DNA of 64,000 bases from an uncultured virus (IMG/VR IMGVR_UViG_3300007512_001367) (lineage: Duplodnaviria > Heunggongvirae > Uroviricota > Caudoviricetes). Every line of letters starts with the position of its first letter. Position 1 is the first letter of the stretch. Location of the stretch: the IMG/VR virus record IMGVR_UViG_3300007512_001367, positions 1 through 64,000 of that record. The stretch is one strand, 5' to 3'. Shown piece after piece: positions 1-10,140 of this stretch. The notes beneath the pieces were generated by a model. The model was given only the letters and a program-made list of their open reading frames with translations. It was not told the origin of the DNA and searched no databases. A program made the translations under genes and the position numbers.

Positions 1-114
1 GATTATACTTTAAGAATACAATCATTAACAACATTTACTGAAACGAGTTCAACTGCAATAAGCACATCAAATACTGTAAGTGGAACAACGGCAGGTAGCA
101 ACACAGGATATTAA
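1..114 (+). CDS. 3' end of a phage structural-region protein (partial)
   Basis: Frame 1 is open from base 1 (DYTLRIQSLTTF...NTGY) to TAA at 112-114, directly before the next ATG at 117. Confidence 0.6.
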   Translation, partial: DYTLRIQSLTTFTETSSTAISTSNTVSGTTAGSNTGY

Positions 115-116
115 GG

Positions 117-1604
117 ATGCCTTATACTGTAAACAAAACTAATAGTTCAGCATCACCAAATGCTTACACAGTTCAGGATGGTGTAGTTAATACACAAACT
201 GATTTAAGTTTAATTGGAAAAGGATATGCAGGATATGGAGAAAATATTGCTGAAAACTTTTTACATTTATTAGAAAATTTTTCAAATACAAGTGCACCAA
301 CAAAACCAATTATAGGACAACTTTGGTATGATTCAACAAATTCAAGATTAAAAGTTTATAACGGAACTAGTTGGGGACCATTAGGTGGAGCATCGTATCA
401 ATCAACAGCACCGTCGGCACAAGTGTCAGGAGATATTTGGATAGATTCAGATACTGGCCAAATGTATTTTTATAACGGAACAACAAATATATTAGTAGGC
501 CCACCTGCAGGTACGGGTACTACAAATGGATTTACATATGATACAATTTTAGATTCAACAGATGCTAATCAAAATATTACTAAATGGTATAATGACGGAA
601 ATTTAATTGCAATTATTTCAGAAGATAGTTTTACACCAAAAGCGGCCATATCAGGATTTGCAACAGTTACAAAAGGTATAACACTTTCAACAGCAATTAC
701 AGATATCAAATTTGCAGGTACATCAACTGACTCAGATAAATTAGGCGGAGTTACGGCGGTAAATTATTTGAGATCAAATGCAAACGATACAACAACTGGT
801 ACATTAGGAATTGTAACAGATTCAGGAATGACAGTAGGAATAGATAGTGATTTATCTCTTACAGTTGATAGTAGTGGAGCAATTATTTCAAATACAATAC
901 AAGATACAGATATCACATTTAAAGTTAATGATGGCGGAGTAACAACTCCTGTAATGACTATTGATGGTTCTGAATCAAGAGTAGGAATTGGTACATTAAC
1001 ACCATCAACAAAATTAGAAGTTTCGGGTACAGTTACAGCCACAGAATTTGTAGGAGCAATTACAGGAAACATAACAGGTACAGCAAGTTTAGATATGCCA
1101 TTAGCAGGTGGTACTATGACAGGTACATTAATATCTCAAGCAATAACACCATCAGCTGATGCTACATATGATATTGGAACATCATTATTAGGATATAATA
1201 CAGTTTACGCCAAAGCAACATCGGCTCAATACGCTGACTTGGCAGAAAAATATACATCAGATTCTGAGTATGACATAGGTACAGTTGTTATATTTGGAGG
1301 AGATAAAGAAATTACACAATCAACAATAGCAGAAGATACAAGAGTAGCAGGAGTAATAAGTGAAAATCCTGCTTACTTAATGAATGACGAGTCAGAAGGA
1401 CAGGCAGTTGCACTTGTAGGAAAAGTTAAATGTAAAGTACATGGCACTATTAATAAAGGTGATCTTTTAACAACGTGTGGACAACATCCAGGATGTGCCA
1501 AAAAAGCATTCTCTCCAAAAATTGGATCTATTATAGGAAAAGCAATGGAAGACTATGTTGGAGCAGAAGAAAGCGTCATTTTAATAAGTGTAGGGAGACA
1601 ATAA
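117..1604 (+). CDS. Tail fibre/baseplate-associated protein with a C-terminal chaperone-like (peptidase G2-like) domain
   Basis: T/S/G-rich; N-terminal GKGYAGYGE..ENF..LLENF..GQLWYD module; repeated GD.W.D motifs; C-terminal YADLAEKY...VAGVISENPAYLMN...VALVGKV. Confidence 0.75.
   Translation: MPYTVNKTNSSASPNAYTVQDGVVNTQTDLSLIGKGYAGYGENIAENFLHLLENFSNTSAPTKPIIGQLWYDSTNSRLKVYNGTSWGPLGGASYQSTAPSAQVSGDIWIDSDTGQMYFYNGTTNILVGPPAGTGTTNGFTYDTILDSTDANQNITKWYNDGNLIAIISEDSFTPKAAISGFATVTKGITLSTAITDIKFAGTSTDSDKLGGVTAVNYLRSNANDTTTGTLGIVTDSGMTVGIDSDLSLTVDSSGAIISNTIQDTDITFKVNDGGVTTPVMTIDGSESRVGIGTLTPSTKLEVSGTVTATEFVGAITGNITGTASLDMPLAGGTMTGTLISQAITPSADATYDIGTSLLGYNTVYAKATSAQYADLAEKYTSDSEYDIGTVVIFGGDKEITQSTIAEDTRVAGVISENPAYLMNDESEGQAVALVGKVKCKVHGTINKGDLLTTCGQHPGCAKKAFSPKIGSIIGKAMEDYVGAEESVILISVGRQ
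732..776 (+). repeat. 45-bp direct repeat, copy 1 (43/45 identical to 6194..6238)
   Basis: tcagataaattaggcggagttacggcggtaaattatttgagatca. Confidence 0.9.
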
Positions 1605-1619
1605 ATACGGGTATAAATT

Positions 1620-3023
1620 ATGGCTTATACAATAAACAAAACAGACGGCTCAGTAGTAGCTACAATAACAGATGGTACAATTGATAATTCAACATCATTA
1701 ACGCTTTTTGGAAAAAGTTATTCAGGATTTGGTGAATTATTAAATGAAAATCTTTTAAAATTATTAGAGAATTCAGCCTCAACGGCACAACCAACAGCAC
1801 CGATAACAGGTGAATTATTTTTTGATACTACAACAGCACAATTAAAAGTTTATGATGGTACATCATTTAAACCAACAGGTGGTGCAAAATCACAAGCTAC
1901 CGCACCAGTTACTGCATCAGCAGGAGATTTTTATCATGATACTGACGATGATCAAATATATTTTTATACTGGTAGTGCTTGGACATTATTAGGACCAGTT
2001 TACACGTCAGGACAAACATTATCAGGATGGTATATTGAAACACTTGGAAGTTCAGGCGGAAACAAAGTTGTTTCTTCTATGTACGTAGGAAATACTAGAG
2101 TTGCAATTTTATCTAAAGAAACATTTACACCAACAATAACTCAAACTGGATTTGCTGTAATATATGTAGGAATTACATTAAATTCTACATTAGGTGCTGT
2201 ATTTTCAGGAACAACTACGTCGGCAACGGCACTTGATTCAACTGACACTACCAATTCTGGTGATCCAAGTGCGGCTGTACAAGGAGGTGCTCACTTTTTA
2301 AGATCAAATGCGGCAGATACAACAACTGGCGCAATAACAATTGATGCAGATACAGGATTAATTGTTGGTGATGCACAAGAATTATCAATAACAGTTGCAA
2401 GTAATAACGTTACAATTGCTCAAACATCAAATAATAAAGATTTGTCATTTACAATTAATGATGGAGGAGTAACAAAAACTCCTTTAGTATTTACAGGTTC
2501 AAGTGGTGATATTACTTTAACAGGTAATACAACAATTACAGGAAATTTAACAATTACTGGATCTTACGATAAAGCATCAGTTGATGTATCTACATATGTA
2601 GATGCATTTATCGGATTAAATGAAGGAAATGCAACAAACGTTGATGGTGGATTAATTGTTGAAAGAGGATCAGGCTCTGAAGCAAGAATGTTTTGGGATA
2701 CATCAGAAACATTTTGGAGTGCTGGAGTAACAGGATCATATTCACAAGTAATTAGATTAGCAGATGCCACAGCTGATGGTAATGCGGCAAAAGAAAAAGT
2801 TTTAAAAACTACTGCGGCAGGTAACGTTAAAGTTACAACAGCAACATTGGCGGCAGTAGGAACAATTGCTGAGGGTGATACATCTAATTTAAACGTACCA
2901 ACCATTGGTGCCGTGGTTACATTTGGTGACTTATGGGGCGGTTCAGCAAAAACTGTTTCAACCTCTAATCCAACATCAGGTGATGGTAACGACGGAGACT
3001 TTTGGTTTGTAAGGGAGACTTAA
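1620..3023 (+). CDS. Tail fibre protein, paralogue of 117..1604
   Basis: Same N-terminal module and FLRSNAADTTTG motif; ends PTSGDGNDGDFWF. Confidence 0.75.
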   Translation: MAYTINKTDGSVVATITDGTIDNSTSLTLFGKSYSGFGELLNENLLKLLENSASTAQPTAPITGELFFDTTTAQLKVYDGTSFKPTGGAKSQATAPVTASAGDFYHDTDDDQIYFYTGSAWTLLGPVYTSGQTLSGWYIETLGSSGGNKVVSSMYVGNTRVAILSKETFTPTITQTGFAVIYVGITLNSTLGAVFSGTTTSATALDSTDTTNSGDPSAAVQGGAHFLRSNAADTTTGAITIDADTGLIVGDAQELSITVASNNVTIAQTSNNKDLSFTINDGGVTKTPLVFTGSSGDITLTGNTTITGNLTITGSYDKASVDVSTYVDAFIGLNEGNATNVDGGLIVERGSGSEARMFWDTSETFWSAGVTGSYSQVIRLADATADGNAAKEKVLKTTAAGNVKVTTATLAAVGTIAEGDTSNLNVPTIGAVVTFGDLWGGSAKTVSTSNPTSGDGNDGDFWFVRET

Positions 3024-3032
3024 TAATCCTTT

Positions 3033-5114
3033 ATGAGCACTATAATCAAAGAATTCATATACACAGGTGGAGTTCATATAGCCGAAGTCCCGCATGGAAC
3101 GACAACACTTACATTACATTTATGGGGTGGTGCCGGAGGTGGCGGAGGTGATGATGTTGGAGATGGTGGACCGGGATCATCTGGCCAATATGTTACAGTA
3201 ACAAATTTAGATATATCTTCATATGCAGGCGTCAAAAATATTAGCGTTACAGTAGGTGGAGGTGGTGCTGGTGGATCAAGTGGTGCTGGAGCTGAAGGTG
3301 GAGAAAATGGAAAAAGTTTATCAGCCTATTCAGGTGGTGTAGGTGGTGCGGCAGGGCCAAACAATCCCTCAGGATCAGGAGGTGGCGGTGGCGGAGCCAC
3401 AGTTGTAACAGTATTCACAAATGGACAAGCAATTGACAATACAATAGTAGCCATAGCTGGGGGTGGTGCTGGCGGTGGCGGTGGCGGTGCCAAGTCAGGT
3501 GGAGCCGCTGGATCTAATACAAATAGTGCCACAGCAAACGCAACAGGAACATTAGGAGAAAATGGTGCCCATCATAGTGCAGAAGGTGGTGGTGCAGGTG
3601 CTGGAGGCGGTGGAGCCGATGGCGGAAAAGGCGGATCAGCTGATACAGGAGATATAGGAGCATTTGGTGGAAGAGCAGGATCAAATACTGTACCAGCAGG
3701 TGGATCTCAAGCTAATGGTTCAGGTGTAACACCAGGCGGAACCGCAGTAAGTTATTATGCATCAGGTATAGCAGAAGGTGGAGCTCATGCCCAAACAGGT
3801 GGAAACGGAAAAGCAGTTTTAATTTTTACAATACCAGCAGAAGCACATTATAAAGTTGGTGGTGTATGGAAAAAAATTACAGGAATACATAAAAAAGTTT
3901 CAGGAACATGGAAATCACTTGTTGCAGGATACACAAAAGTTTCAGGAGTATGGAAAGCCTTATTTGCTAACGATGTAAATTTTTCTATAAACTATGCAGG
4001 ATTTGGTGACGACACTGGCTCAACAACGTCAGGTACGGTAGGAGTTAGAGGTTCTATACCAGCCACTCCAGCAGAAGTGGCTAATCCACCCGGAGGCGGT
4101 GGAGAATCAAGACCAGTTCCACCCCATAAATGTCAAACTGGTAGTTGGCCAGCTGATTACAATCTTAACGATCCAAATGGGCAAGTAGTAAAAGGTTATT
4201 GCAAGGAAACAAAATCTGACTCTTGTTTCATTGCAGGTACCATGGTTCGTATGGCAGATGGCACAGATATAAAAATTGAAGATGTAATAGTTGGTGATAT
4301 GCTAAAAGGAAAAACTAGTGATAATGAAGTTATCGCTTTAAAACCTAGTACTTTAGGTAATCAACGATTATATGCTTTTAATGGAAGTAATAATTTCTTT
4401 GTTACTGATGAACACCCATTTTGGACAAAAGAAGGATGGAAATCAATTAATCCAAAAGCAACAAAATTATATAATGAATTGGAAAGTGGTGCATTAAGCA
4501 TTGGAGATTATATACAAACATTAGATGGAATGATAAGAATAAAATCAATAGAATCAAAAGAGACTGAAAATAAAGATTTATCATTGTATAATTTTGAAGT
4601 GTCAGGAGATCATTCTTACTTTGCAGATAGATATTGTGTTCACAATAAACCAAAAATTATTTGTACAAAATTATTCGAGCTAGGTTATCTACCACAAGAA
4701 GTATACACAGCAGATCAAAAATTTGGAGAGTGGTTACGTGAGAACGATCCTTATGCATATTTTGGTTATGTCAAATGGGCAAGTGTTGTAGTTGAATGGA
4801 TGGATAAAGAAGGTCCACAATGTATGTTTTGGATTAGAGACAAAAAAGCACGAGGTGAGAAGCAAAAAGCTCTTGCTATAAGTTGGGCAAAGAGAATTGC
4901 TACTCCATGGGCACAACATATGGCTTATAGAATGGGAACATTACCAGAAGATAGCAAAGCAGGTAGAATGATAATGAAATTTGGACTATGGTTAAGCCGT
5001 TTAATTGGTAAAACTACAAATACTACAACAGATACAAAATCGGTAACACTTGGATATAGTATGTGGACAGTATTTGGAATATTGTACATTCTAGCAGGAA
5101 TAAAAGGAAAATAA
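3033..5114 (+). CDS. Glycine-rich putative adhesin with an internal Hint (intein-like) domain
   Basis: Poly-Gly repeats; three KVxGxWK repeats; CFIAGTMV...TDEHPF...YCVHN Hint blocks; distinct C-terminal domain. Confidence 0.75.
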   Translation: MSTIIKEFIYTGGVHIAEVPHGTTTLTLHLWGGAGGGGGDDVGDGGPGSSGQYVTVTNLDISSYAGVKNISVTVGGGGAGGSSGAGAEGGENGKSLSAYSGGVGGAAGPNNPSGSGGGGGGATVVTVFTNGQAIDNTIVAIAGGGAGGGGGGAKSGGAAGSNTNSATANATGTLGENGAHHSAEGGGAGAGGGGADGGKGGSADTGDIGAFGGRAGSNTVPAGGSQANGSGVTPGGTAVSYYASGIAEGGAHAQTGGNGKAVLIFTIPAEAHYKVGGVWKKITGIHKKVSGTWKSLVAGYTKVSGVWKALFANDVNFSINYAGFGDDTGSTTSGTVGVRGSIPATPAEVANPPGGGGESRPVPPHKCQTGSWPADYNLNDPNGQVVKGYCKETKSDSCFIAGTMVRMADGTDIKIEDVIVGDMLKGKTSDNEVIALKPSTLGNQRLYAFNGSNNFFVTDEHPFWTKEGWKSINPKATKLYNELESGALSIGDYIQTLDGMIRIKSIESKETENKDLSLYNFEVSGDHSYFADRYCVHNKPKIICTKLFELGYLPQEVYTADQKFGEWLRENDPYAYFGYVKWASVVVEWMDKEGPQCMFWIRDKKARGEKQKALAISWAKRIATPWAQHMAYRMGTLPEDSKAGRMIMKFGLWLSRLIGKTTNTTTDTKSVTLGYSMWTVFGILYILAGIKGK
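4224..4646 (+). other. Hint / bacterial intein-like domain (141 aa, no homing endonuclease)
   Basis: Block A Cys (CFIAGT), block B TxxH (TDEH), terminal His-Asn; the +1 residue is Lys. Confidence 0.85.
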
Positions 5115-5136
5115 ATATGCATAAGGAGACATCTAA

Positions 5137-5376
5137 ATGGTAACAAAAGCAGAAGTTACAGAATATATTGATGCACAATTTGTTGGTGAAGAAGGTGACG
5201 CAAATCACATTTTTTGGCGGGAACAACAGCATTTTGTTGAAAAATTTTATGTAGGTAATAGACTTTCTGTAATTCAGGAATGGATGTCACCAGAAGTTGC
5301 AACAATATTACAGAAATTAATTGGTGAAGCTTCAATGGTGAAAAAAATTGCAAAGAATAGGAGTAATAGTTCATGA
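5137..5376 (+). CDS. Hypothetical protein
   Basis: AAGGAG RBS upstream; N-terminus (MVTKAEVTEYIDA) resembles the next ORF. Confidence 0.7.
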   Translation: MVTKAEVTEYIDAQFVGEEGDANHIFWREQQHFVEKFYVGNRLSVIQEWMSPEVATILQKLIGEASMVKKIAKNRSNSS

Positions 5377-5558
5377 TAACTAAACAAGAATGTGCAGATT
5401 ATATTAATGCAAATATGTCAGTAGCATTAACTCCTGAAGAAAGAGATACGCTTAGAAATTCAATAGTCAATAGTAAAGTTCCAATATTTTTATCTGAAAT
5501 ATTAATTGAAGTATTCGGTGATGTTACAATGTTAGTTGACATAAGGGACGCAGAATAA
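5373..5558 (+). CDS. Hypothetical protein, weak paralogue of 5137..5376
   Basis: ATGA overlap; N-terminus MITKQECADYINA. Confidence 0.65.
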   Translation: MITKQECADYINANMSVALTPEERDTLRNSIVNSKVPIFLSEILIEVFGDVTMLVDIRDAE

Positions 5559-7207
5559 TGGCTTACGAAATAAACAACACATTTGGAACTAAAATAGTTT
5601 CATTAGCAGACGGTACGTTAGATACCACTACTACGGATCTTGCACTCTTTGGAAAAGGTTATGCAGGATTTGGTGAGAAATTAAATGAAAATTTCGTAAA
5701 ACTTCTTGAAAATTTTAATAATACATCGGCACCGTCAAATAAAATAACAGGTCAGCTGTGGTACGATCAAACAAATAAACAAATTAATATCTATACTGGT
5801 ACAAAATGGAAACCAGTAGGATCAACAACTAACTCAACGTCATCACCTACTAATGCATCACAAGGTGATTTATGGTTTGATACAGGTAACACACAATTAT
5901 ATGTTTATACAGGTACAGGATGGTCATTAATTGGACCAACAACAATTGCAGGATCAGGCGTAACAGCAATGATTGGTGAAACCATACAAGATAATGCAGG
6001 AGTAAACAAATCAATATTAAAAGGTGTACAGGAAGATACAGTAGTGTTTGTAGTATCAGGAGAAGCATTTACTCCACACGCAACTGAAACAAATTCTGCG
6101 GCTTTAATTACAGCAGGATTTTCTACAATATCACAAGGTATTCAATTATCATCGTCAGTTGCAAATGTAAAATTTAGAGGACTTGCAACAGATTCAGATA
6201 AATTAGGCGGAGTTGCGGCGGCAAATTATTTGAGATCAGATCAAAATGATAGTACTACTGGTTCATTTACTATTGCAAATGATACAGGAATAATTTTAGG
6301 TGCAGGTTCAGATATTACAATGTCTATGAGCAGTGATAACTTTACAATCGCACAAACTACTATTAATAAAGATATTATTTTTACAGTTAATCAAGGTGGT
6401 GACACAACTACTATAATGACAATGGATGGGTCAACAGGAAGATTAGAACTCCCTACTGTTGGAGATATAAGAATTAAAGGGAATTTAACAGTTGATGGTG
6501 TAACAACTACGGTGAATACATCAACATTAAGAGTTGAAGACAATATTATAGAATTAAACAGAAATATTTCTTCAAATGCAGGAATGCCAAACTACACAGG
6601 TTTGAAAGTAAACAGAGGTGAAACGTCAGTTGCAACTGAGCAAGATTTATTTTGGGTTTGGGATGAAACATTTGCAGATGATGGCACAACACTATACGGA
6701 AATGCAGGAGGAGCCTGGACAGCATTTAAATCAGGTGGTGGAGATGGAGCTGAATTATCAGCGGCAACATTGGTTGATATACGAGCAAATGTAGTACACG
6801 CACAAACAACAAGTGCCATGTATGCGGATTTGGCAGAAAGATATGAGTCAGATATGCAATTGGAAGTTGGAGATGTTGTTATGTTAGGTGGAGAAGCAGA
6901 AGTTACTAAATGTAACAAAGAATTATGTGACAAAGTTTTTGGAGTTGTAAGTAATTCTCCGGCATTTTTAATGAATTCTCAAGCAGGAAATAATGATTCT
7001 CATCCAATGATAGCACTTAAAGGAAGAGTACTTGTTAAAATTAAAGGAAAAGGAAATGCTGGAGATCGTATCGTTTCAGCAGGAAATGGTATAGGAAAAG
7101 TAGCATCAATTGATGAATGTACGGCTTTTAATGTGCTAGGAAGACTAATAAAGGATAAATATTCAGTAGATACAATATTAACGGAATGTGTAATAGGAGT
7201 TAAATAG
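5558..7207 (+). CDS. Tail fibre protein with a C-terminal chaperone-like domain, third paralogue
   Basis: Same N-terminal module, NYLRSD motif and C-terminal YADLAERY...IALKGRV. Confidence 0.75.
   Translation: MAYEINNTFGTKIVSLADGTLDTTTTDLALFGKGYAGFGEKLNENFVKLLENFNNTSAPSNKITGQLWYDQTNKQINIYTGTKWKPVGSTTNSTSSPTNASQGDLWFDTGNTQLYVYTGTGWSLIGPTTIAGSGVTAMIGETIQDNAGVNKSILKGVQEDTVVFVVSGEAFTPHATETNSAALITAGFSTISQGIQLSSSVANVKFRGLATDSDKLGGVAAANYLRSDQNDSTTGSFTIANDTGIILGAGSDITMSMSSDNFTIAQTTINKDIIFTVNQGGDTTTIMTMDGSTGRLELPTVGDIRIKGNLTVDGVTTTVNTSTLRVEDNIIELNRNISSNAGMPNYTGLKVNRGETSVATEQDLFWVWDETFADDGTTLYGNAGGAWTAFKSGGGDGAELSAATLVDIRANVVHAQTTSAMYADLAERYESDMQLEVGDVVMLGGEAEVTKCNKELCDKVFGVVSNSPAFLMNSQAGNNDSHPMIALKGRVLVKIKGKGNAGDRIVSAGNGIGKVASIDECTAFNVLGRLIKDKYSVDTILTECVIGVK
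6194..6238 (+). repeat. 45-bp direct repeat, copy 2
   Basis: tcagataaattaggcggagttgcggcggcaaattatttgagatca. Confidence 0.9.
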
Positions 7208-7211
7208 CAAT

Positions 7212-8192
7212 ATGGCATACGCAACAGGGGATTCAATTTTAGACGATCACTATGAAAGTTTTTTAAACGGTAGTTCAGCAGGAGCATACGGAATTAACCA
7301 CATAGGTGGAACAGGAGCAGGTGAGTACGGCACAGGGCAAACTCATTTAGTATCAGTAGCCGCAGGTCAAACAATTACAGCGGCACAATGGAATTCATTA
7401 TTTACACAGATGGATAATATTGCAAATCACACAAATGATTCAATAACATCAACAACACAAAGATCAGCTGGTAATACAATTGCGGCAGTGGCGGCAATAC
7501 AAACAGATTTAAATACACTAGCGGCATCAGTTGCGGCAGGATGTCCAAATGCAACAGCCGTATCGGAATCAGCAGAATTACAAAGTTCAGTTTCAAGTAC
7601 AAGATGGAATGGTACACACGTAGTAGAACATTCAATTACATTTTCAAATAACACAGATTTAAGACACTTTTTTAATTCAGGCGGAAAAATGAGAATGAAA
7701 TTTACTAGAAATAGTGGTGGAACAGCAGGTGGTTCAACTGCAACATCAAAAGATAGTTCAGTCGATGAATTAATTACAGCAATTGGTAACTTTGATTTAA
7801 AACAAACAACATCAAGTAGATCAGGATCTGGAGAAACGTTAACAACAGACGGTTCTACAACTGGTGTTAGAGATTTAAGTACGAGTTATGCAACATTAAT
7901 AAAACTTACACAAAGTTCAGGTACGTATACTACAATGTTTGTTCAAGTAGAAGCAAAATTAGATGCGGCAATTGGTACAGCAGTTACAGTAACAATGAAA
8001 TACACATTAAATGATGTAGATACCACAGATGCGGCTTACACTTCTGGTAATTTAAGTTCAGTTGATGTAAATGCAGAATTTATTGGTATAACAGATTTTG
8101 CTACTCATACAATGAATCCAACGACAGCACAAGGGTTGGCGTCAGTAGCGTCGATTGCCTCAAGTGCAGTTGTAAGTAATACCACAACGTAA
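7212..8192 (+). CDS. Virion structural protein (tail-associated)
   Basis: T/S/A-rich; ITAAQWNSL and RHFFNSGG motifs; preceded by a TAAATA element. Confidence 0.6.
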   Translation: MAYATGDSILDDHYESFLNGSSAGAYGINHIGGTGAGEYGTGQTHLVSVAAGQTITAAQWNSLFTQMDNIANHTNDSITSTTQRSAGNTIAAVAAIQTDLNTLAASVAAGCPNATAVSESAELQSSVSSTRWNGTHVVEHSITFSNNTDLRHFFNSGGKMRMKFTRNSGGTAGGSTATSKDSSVDELITAIGNFDLKQTTSSRSGSGETLTTDGSTTGVRDLSTSYATLIKLTQSSGTYTTMFVQVEAKLDAAIGTAVTVTMKYTLNDVDTTDAAYTSGNLSSVDVNAEFIGITDFATHTMNPTTAQGLASVASIASSAVVSNTTT

Positions 8193-8218
8193 TAATTAAT
8201 CAAAAACATTTTACCATA

Positions 8219-8247
8219 TTGACTATGTTAATAATTAACTGTATAAT
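8219..8247 (+). promoter_or_regulatory. Sigma70-type promoter, probably giving a leaderless transcript
   Basis: TTGACT-17 bp-TATAAT, then 6 nt to the ATG at 8254. Confidence 0.75.
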
Positions 8248-8253
8248 ACAGTT

Positions 8254-8574
8254 ATGGATATTGGCACCCTTAAAGACTATTCTGATCTAGCACATGATCT
8301 AGCACAAATTAAAAAGAATGCTCTGGAAAAAATGCGGAGCAGGCAGATTGTGGCATATAATGGCAGGCTTTTTCAAGCCAATGCTGAAACCATAAATGTA
8401 GTTCAAACATTTAAAGCACATTCTAAAGATTTTTATATGTTGGACACTAACGATAATCCTTGTCACATAACAGATCCAGATGAATTTTTGAGAATATTAA
8501 TTGAAAGAAATCAAGAAACACTTAATACCTATCATCAATTACACGAGGATCTGAAAAACAAAAGGCTCAAATGA
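8254..8574 (+). CDS. Hypothetical protein (first gene of the modification block)
   Basis: ORF track; translationally coupled to the next gene. Confidence 0.75.
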   Translation: MDIGTLKDYSDLAHDLAQIKKNALEKMRSRQIVAYNGRLFQANAETINVVQTFKAHSKDFYMLDTNDNPCHITDPDEFLRILIERNQETLNTYHQLHEDLKNKRLK

Positions 8575-9335
8575 CTACAGGTGTATTAATGTACTGTTTC
8601 AATACACCGGAAGTTAACTATCATTTGTTAGCAGAACGATGTATCGCACAAATACAAAAACATTTAAAATTAGAAATAACAGTAGTCACTAATATTGAAA
8701 CTTATAAACAATTCAAACCGTTAGGGTTTATAAATTATAAACTAGTAGACAATGCAGTCGGTAATAGACGAAGTTATCGTGGAAAAAATATTGCTTGGCA
8801 TAATTTAGAAAGAAGTTTAGCATACGAACATTCACCTTATGATACTACTATTCTTATGGATTGTGATTATTTTGTGTTTACAGATAATCTTTTAACATAC
8901 ACAAACACAGATTATGATTTTTTACTTCATAATAAAGTACACGATTTAACTGGTGAAGATATGATTGAAGGAAAAAATGAATCAACTGTACCAATAGTTT
9001 GGGCAACAGTAACAATATTTCGTAAATCAACTTTTGCAAAGCAGATGTTTGATTTAATTCAGTTAATACAAAAACGTTATGAGCATTATAGAAATTTATA
9101 TCGGATCAAATATAGAAATTATAGAAATGATTTTGCATTTGCAATTGCACTACATCAACTTAATGGAATGATTTCTCATAAAAACTTTATTCCTACTCCA
9201 ATGGCAATGTTAGCACACGAAGTTGATGTGTTAGATATGTCAGATACAGGAGTCACATTTAAATATGGCAAAAAAGTTGGTATAACAGAATTACAAGATG
9301 TTCATGTAATGGATAAGGAGTTTGTAAATGTCTGA
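8571..9335 (+). CDS. GT-A fold glycosyltransferase-like protein
   Basis: SPYDTTILMDCD (DxD), NDFAF and HVMDK motifs. Confidence 0.6.
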   Translation: MTTGVLMYCFNTPEVNYHLLAERCIAQIQKHLKLEITVVTNIETYKQFKPLGFINYKLVDNAVGNRRSYRGKNIAWHNLERSLAYEHSPYDTTILMDCDYFVFTDNLLTYTNTDYDFLLHNKVHDLTGEDMIEGKNESTVPIVWATVTIFRKSTFAKQMFDLIQLIQKRYEHYRNLYRIKYRNYRNDFAFAIALHQLNGMISHKNFIPTPMAMLAHEVDVLDMSDTGVTFKYGKKVGITELQDVHVMDKEFVNV

Positions 9336-10140
9336 TAGAGGATATGTTTGGTTTGCATTGAACAATTCTACAACTGACTATGTAGAATTAAGCAAAAAAC
9401 TTGCAAGTTCTATTAAAAAACATAACAAGCATAATCAAGTATGTGTTATTACTGATAAACCTGTAGAACATAAAGAAGAAATTGATAAAGTTATTGTATT
9501 AAAAAATGATTATAGTAAAGATCAAGAATGGAAGATGAATAATGAGTGGCAAATTTTTAATTTAACACCTTTTAAACATACAATTAAATTAGAAGCAGAT
9601 ATGTTGTTCACATCAAATACAGACTGGTGGTGGAATTATTTGCATCAGCATAATATGGTGTTTTCGTATCATGTTAGATGTTATAGAGATACAATTATTA
9701 CTAATACACCTTATAGAAAACTTTTTAAAACAAATAATTTGCCAGATGTATACAATGGATTAACTTATTTTAGAAAAAGTAAACAAGCACAATCATTTTA
9801 TAATATTTGTAAAGATATTATGTTAAATTGGAATACAGTTAGAGATACATTTTTAATAAATTGTCATGATAAACACTCAACAACAGATGTTGTTTATGCT
9901 CTTGCACTAAAAATTCAAGATCCATTGTGTGAAAAACAAATCAAATTTGAATGGTTTAATTTTATGCATAATAAAAGTGGAGTAAATGGATTAAGTCGTG
10001 CATATATTAATGATCAATATCTATATACAATGATGGTAGGTCATCCTTTAGTTGGAGAATACATATATTCAGGTGGTTATAAACAATCAAGAATATTTCA
10101 TTATCATAATAAAAAATTAATAAAGGAATTTTATGACTAA
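9328..10140 (+). CDS. GT-A fold glycosyltransferase-like protein, paralogue of the previous gene
   Basis: TPFKHTIKLEAD (ExD), YNGLTYFRKS, FHYHNK. Confidence 0.6.
   Translation: MSDRGYVWFALNNSTTDYVELSKKLASSIKKHNKHNQVCVITDKPVEHKEEIDKVIVLKNDYSKDQEWKMNNEWQIFNLTPFKHTIKLEADMLFTSNTDWWWNYLHQHNMVFSYHVRCYRDTIITNTPYRKLFKTNNLPDVYNGLTYFRKSKQAQSFYNICKDIMLNWNTVRDTFLINCHDKHSTTDVVYALALKIQDPLCEKQIKFEWFNFMHNKSGVNGLSRAYINDQYLYTMMVGHPLVGEYIYSGGYKQSRIFHYHNKKLIKEFYD

Noticed and set aside
4224..4646. Canonical mobile intein
   Set aside because: No LAGLIDADG or HNH endonuclease, and the +1 residue is Lys; treated as an intein-like autoprocessing domain
732..6238. Diversity-generating retroelement TR/VR pair
   Set aside because: Only 45 bp, one of the two mismatches is not at an adenine, and no reverse transcriptase is in the window
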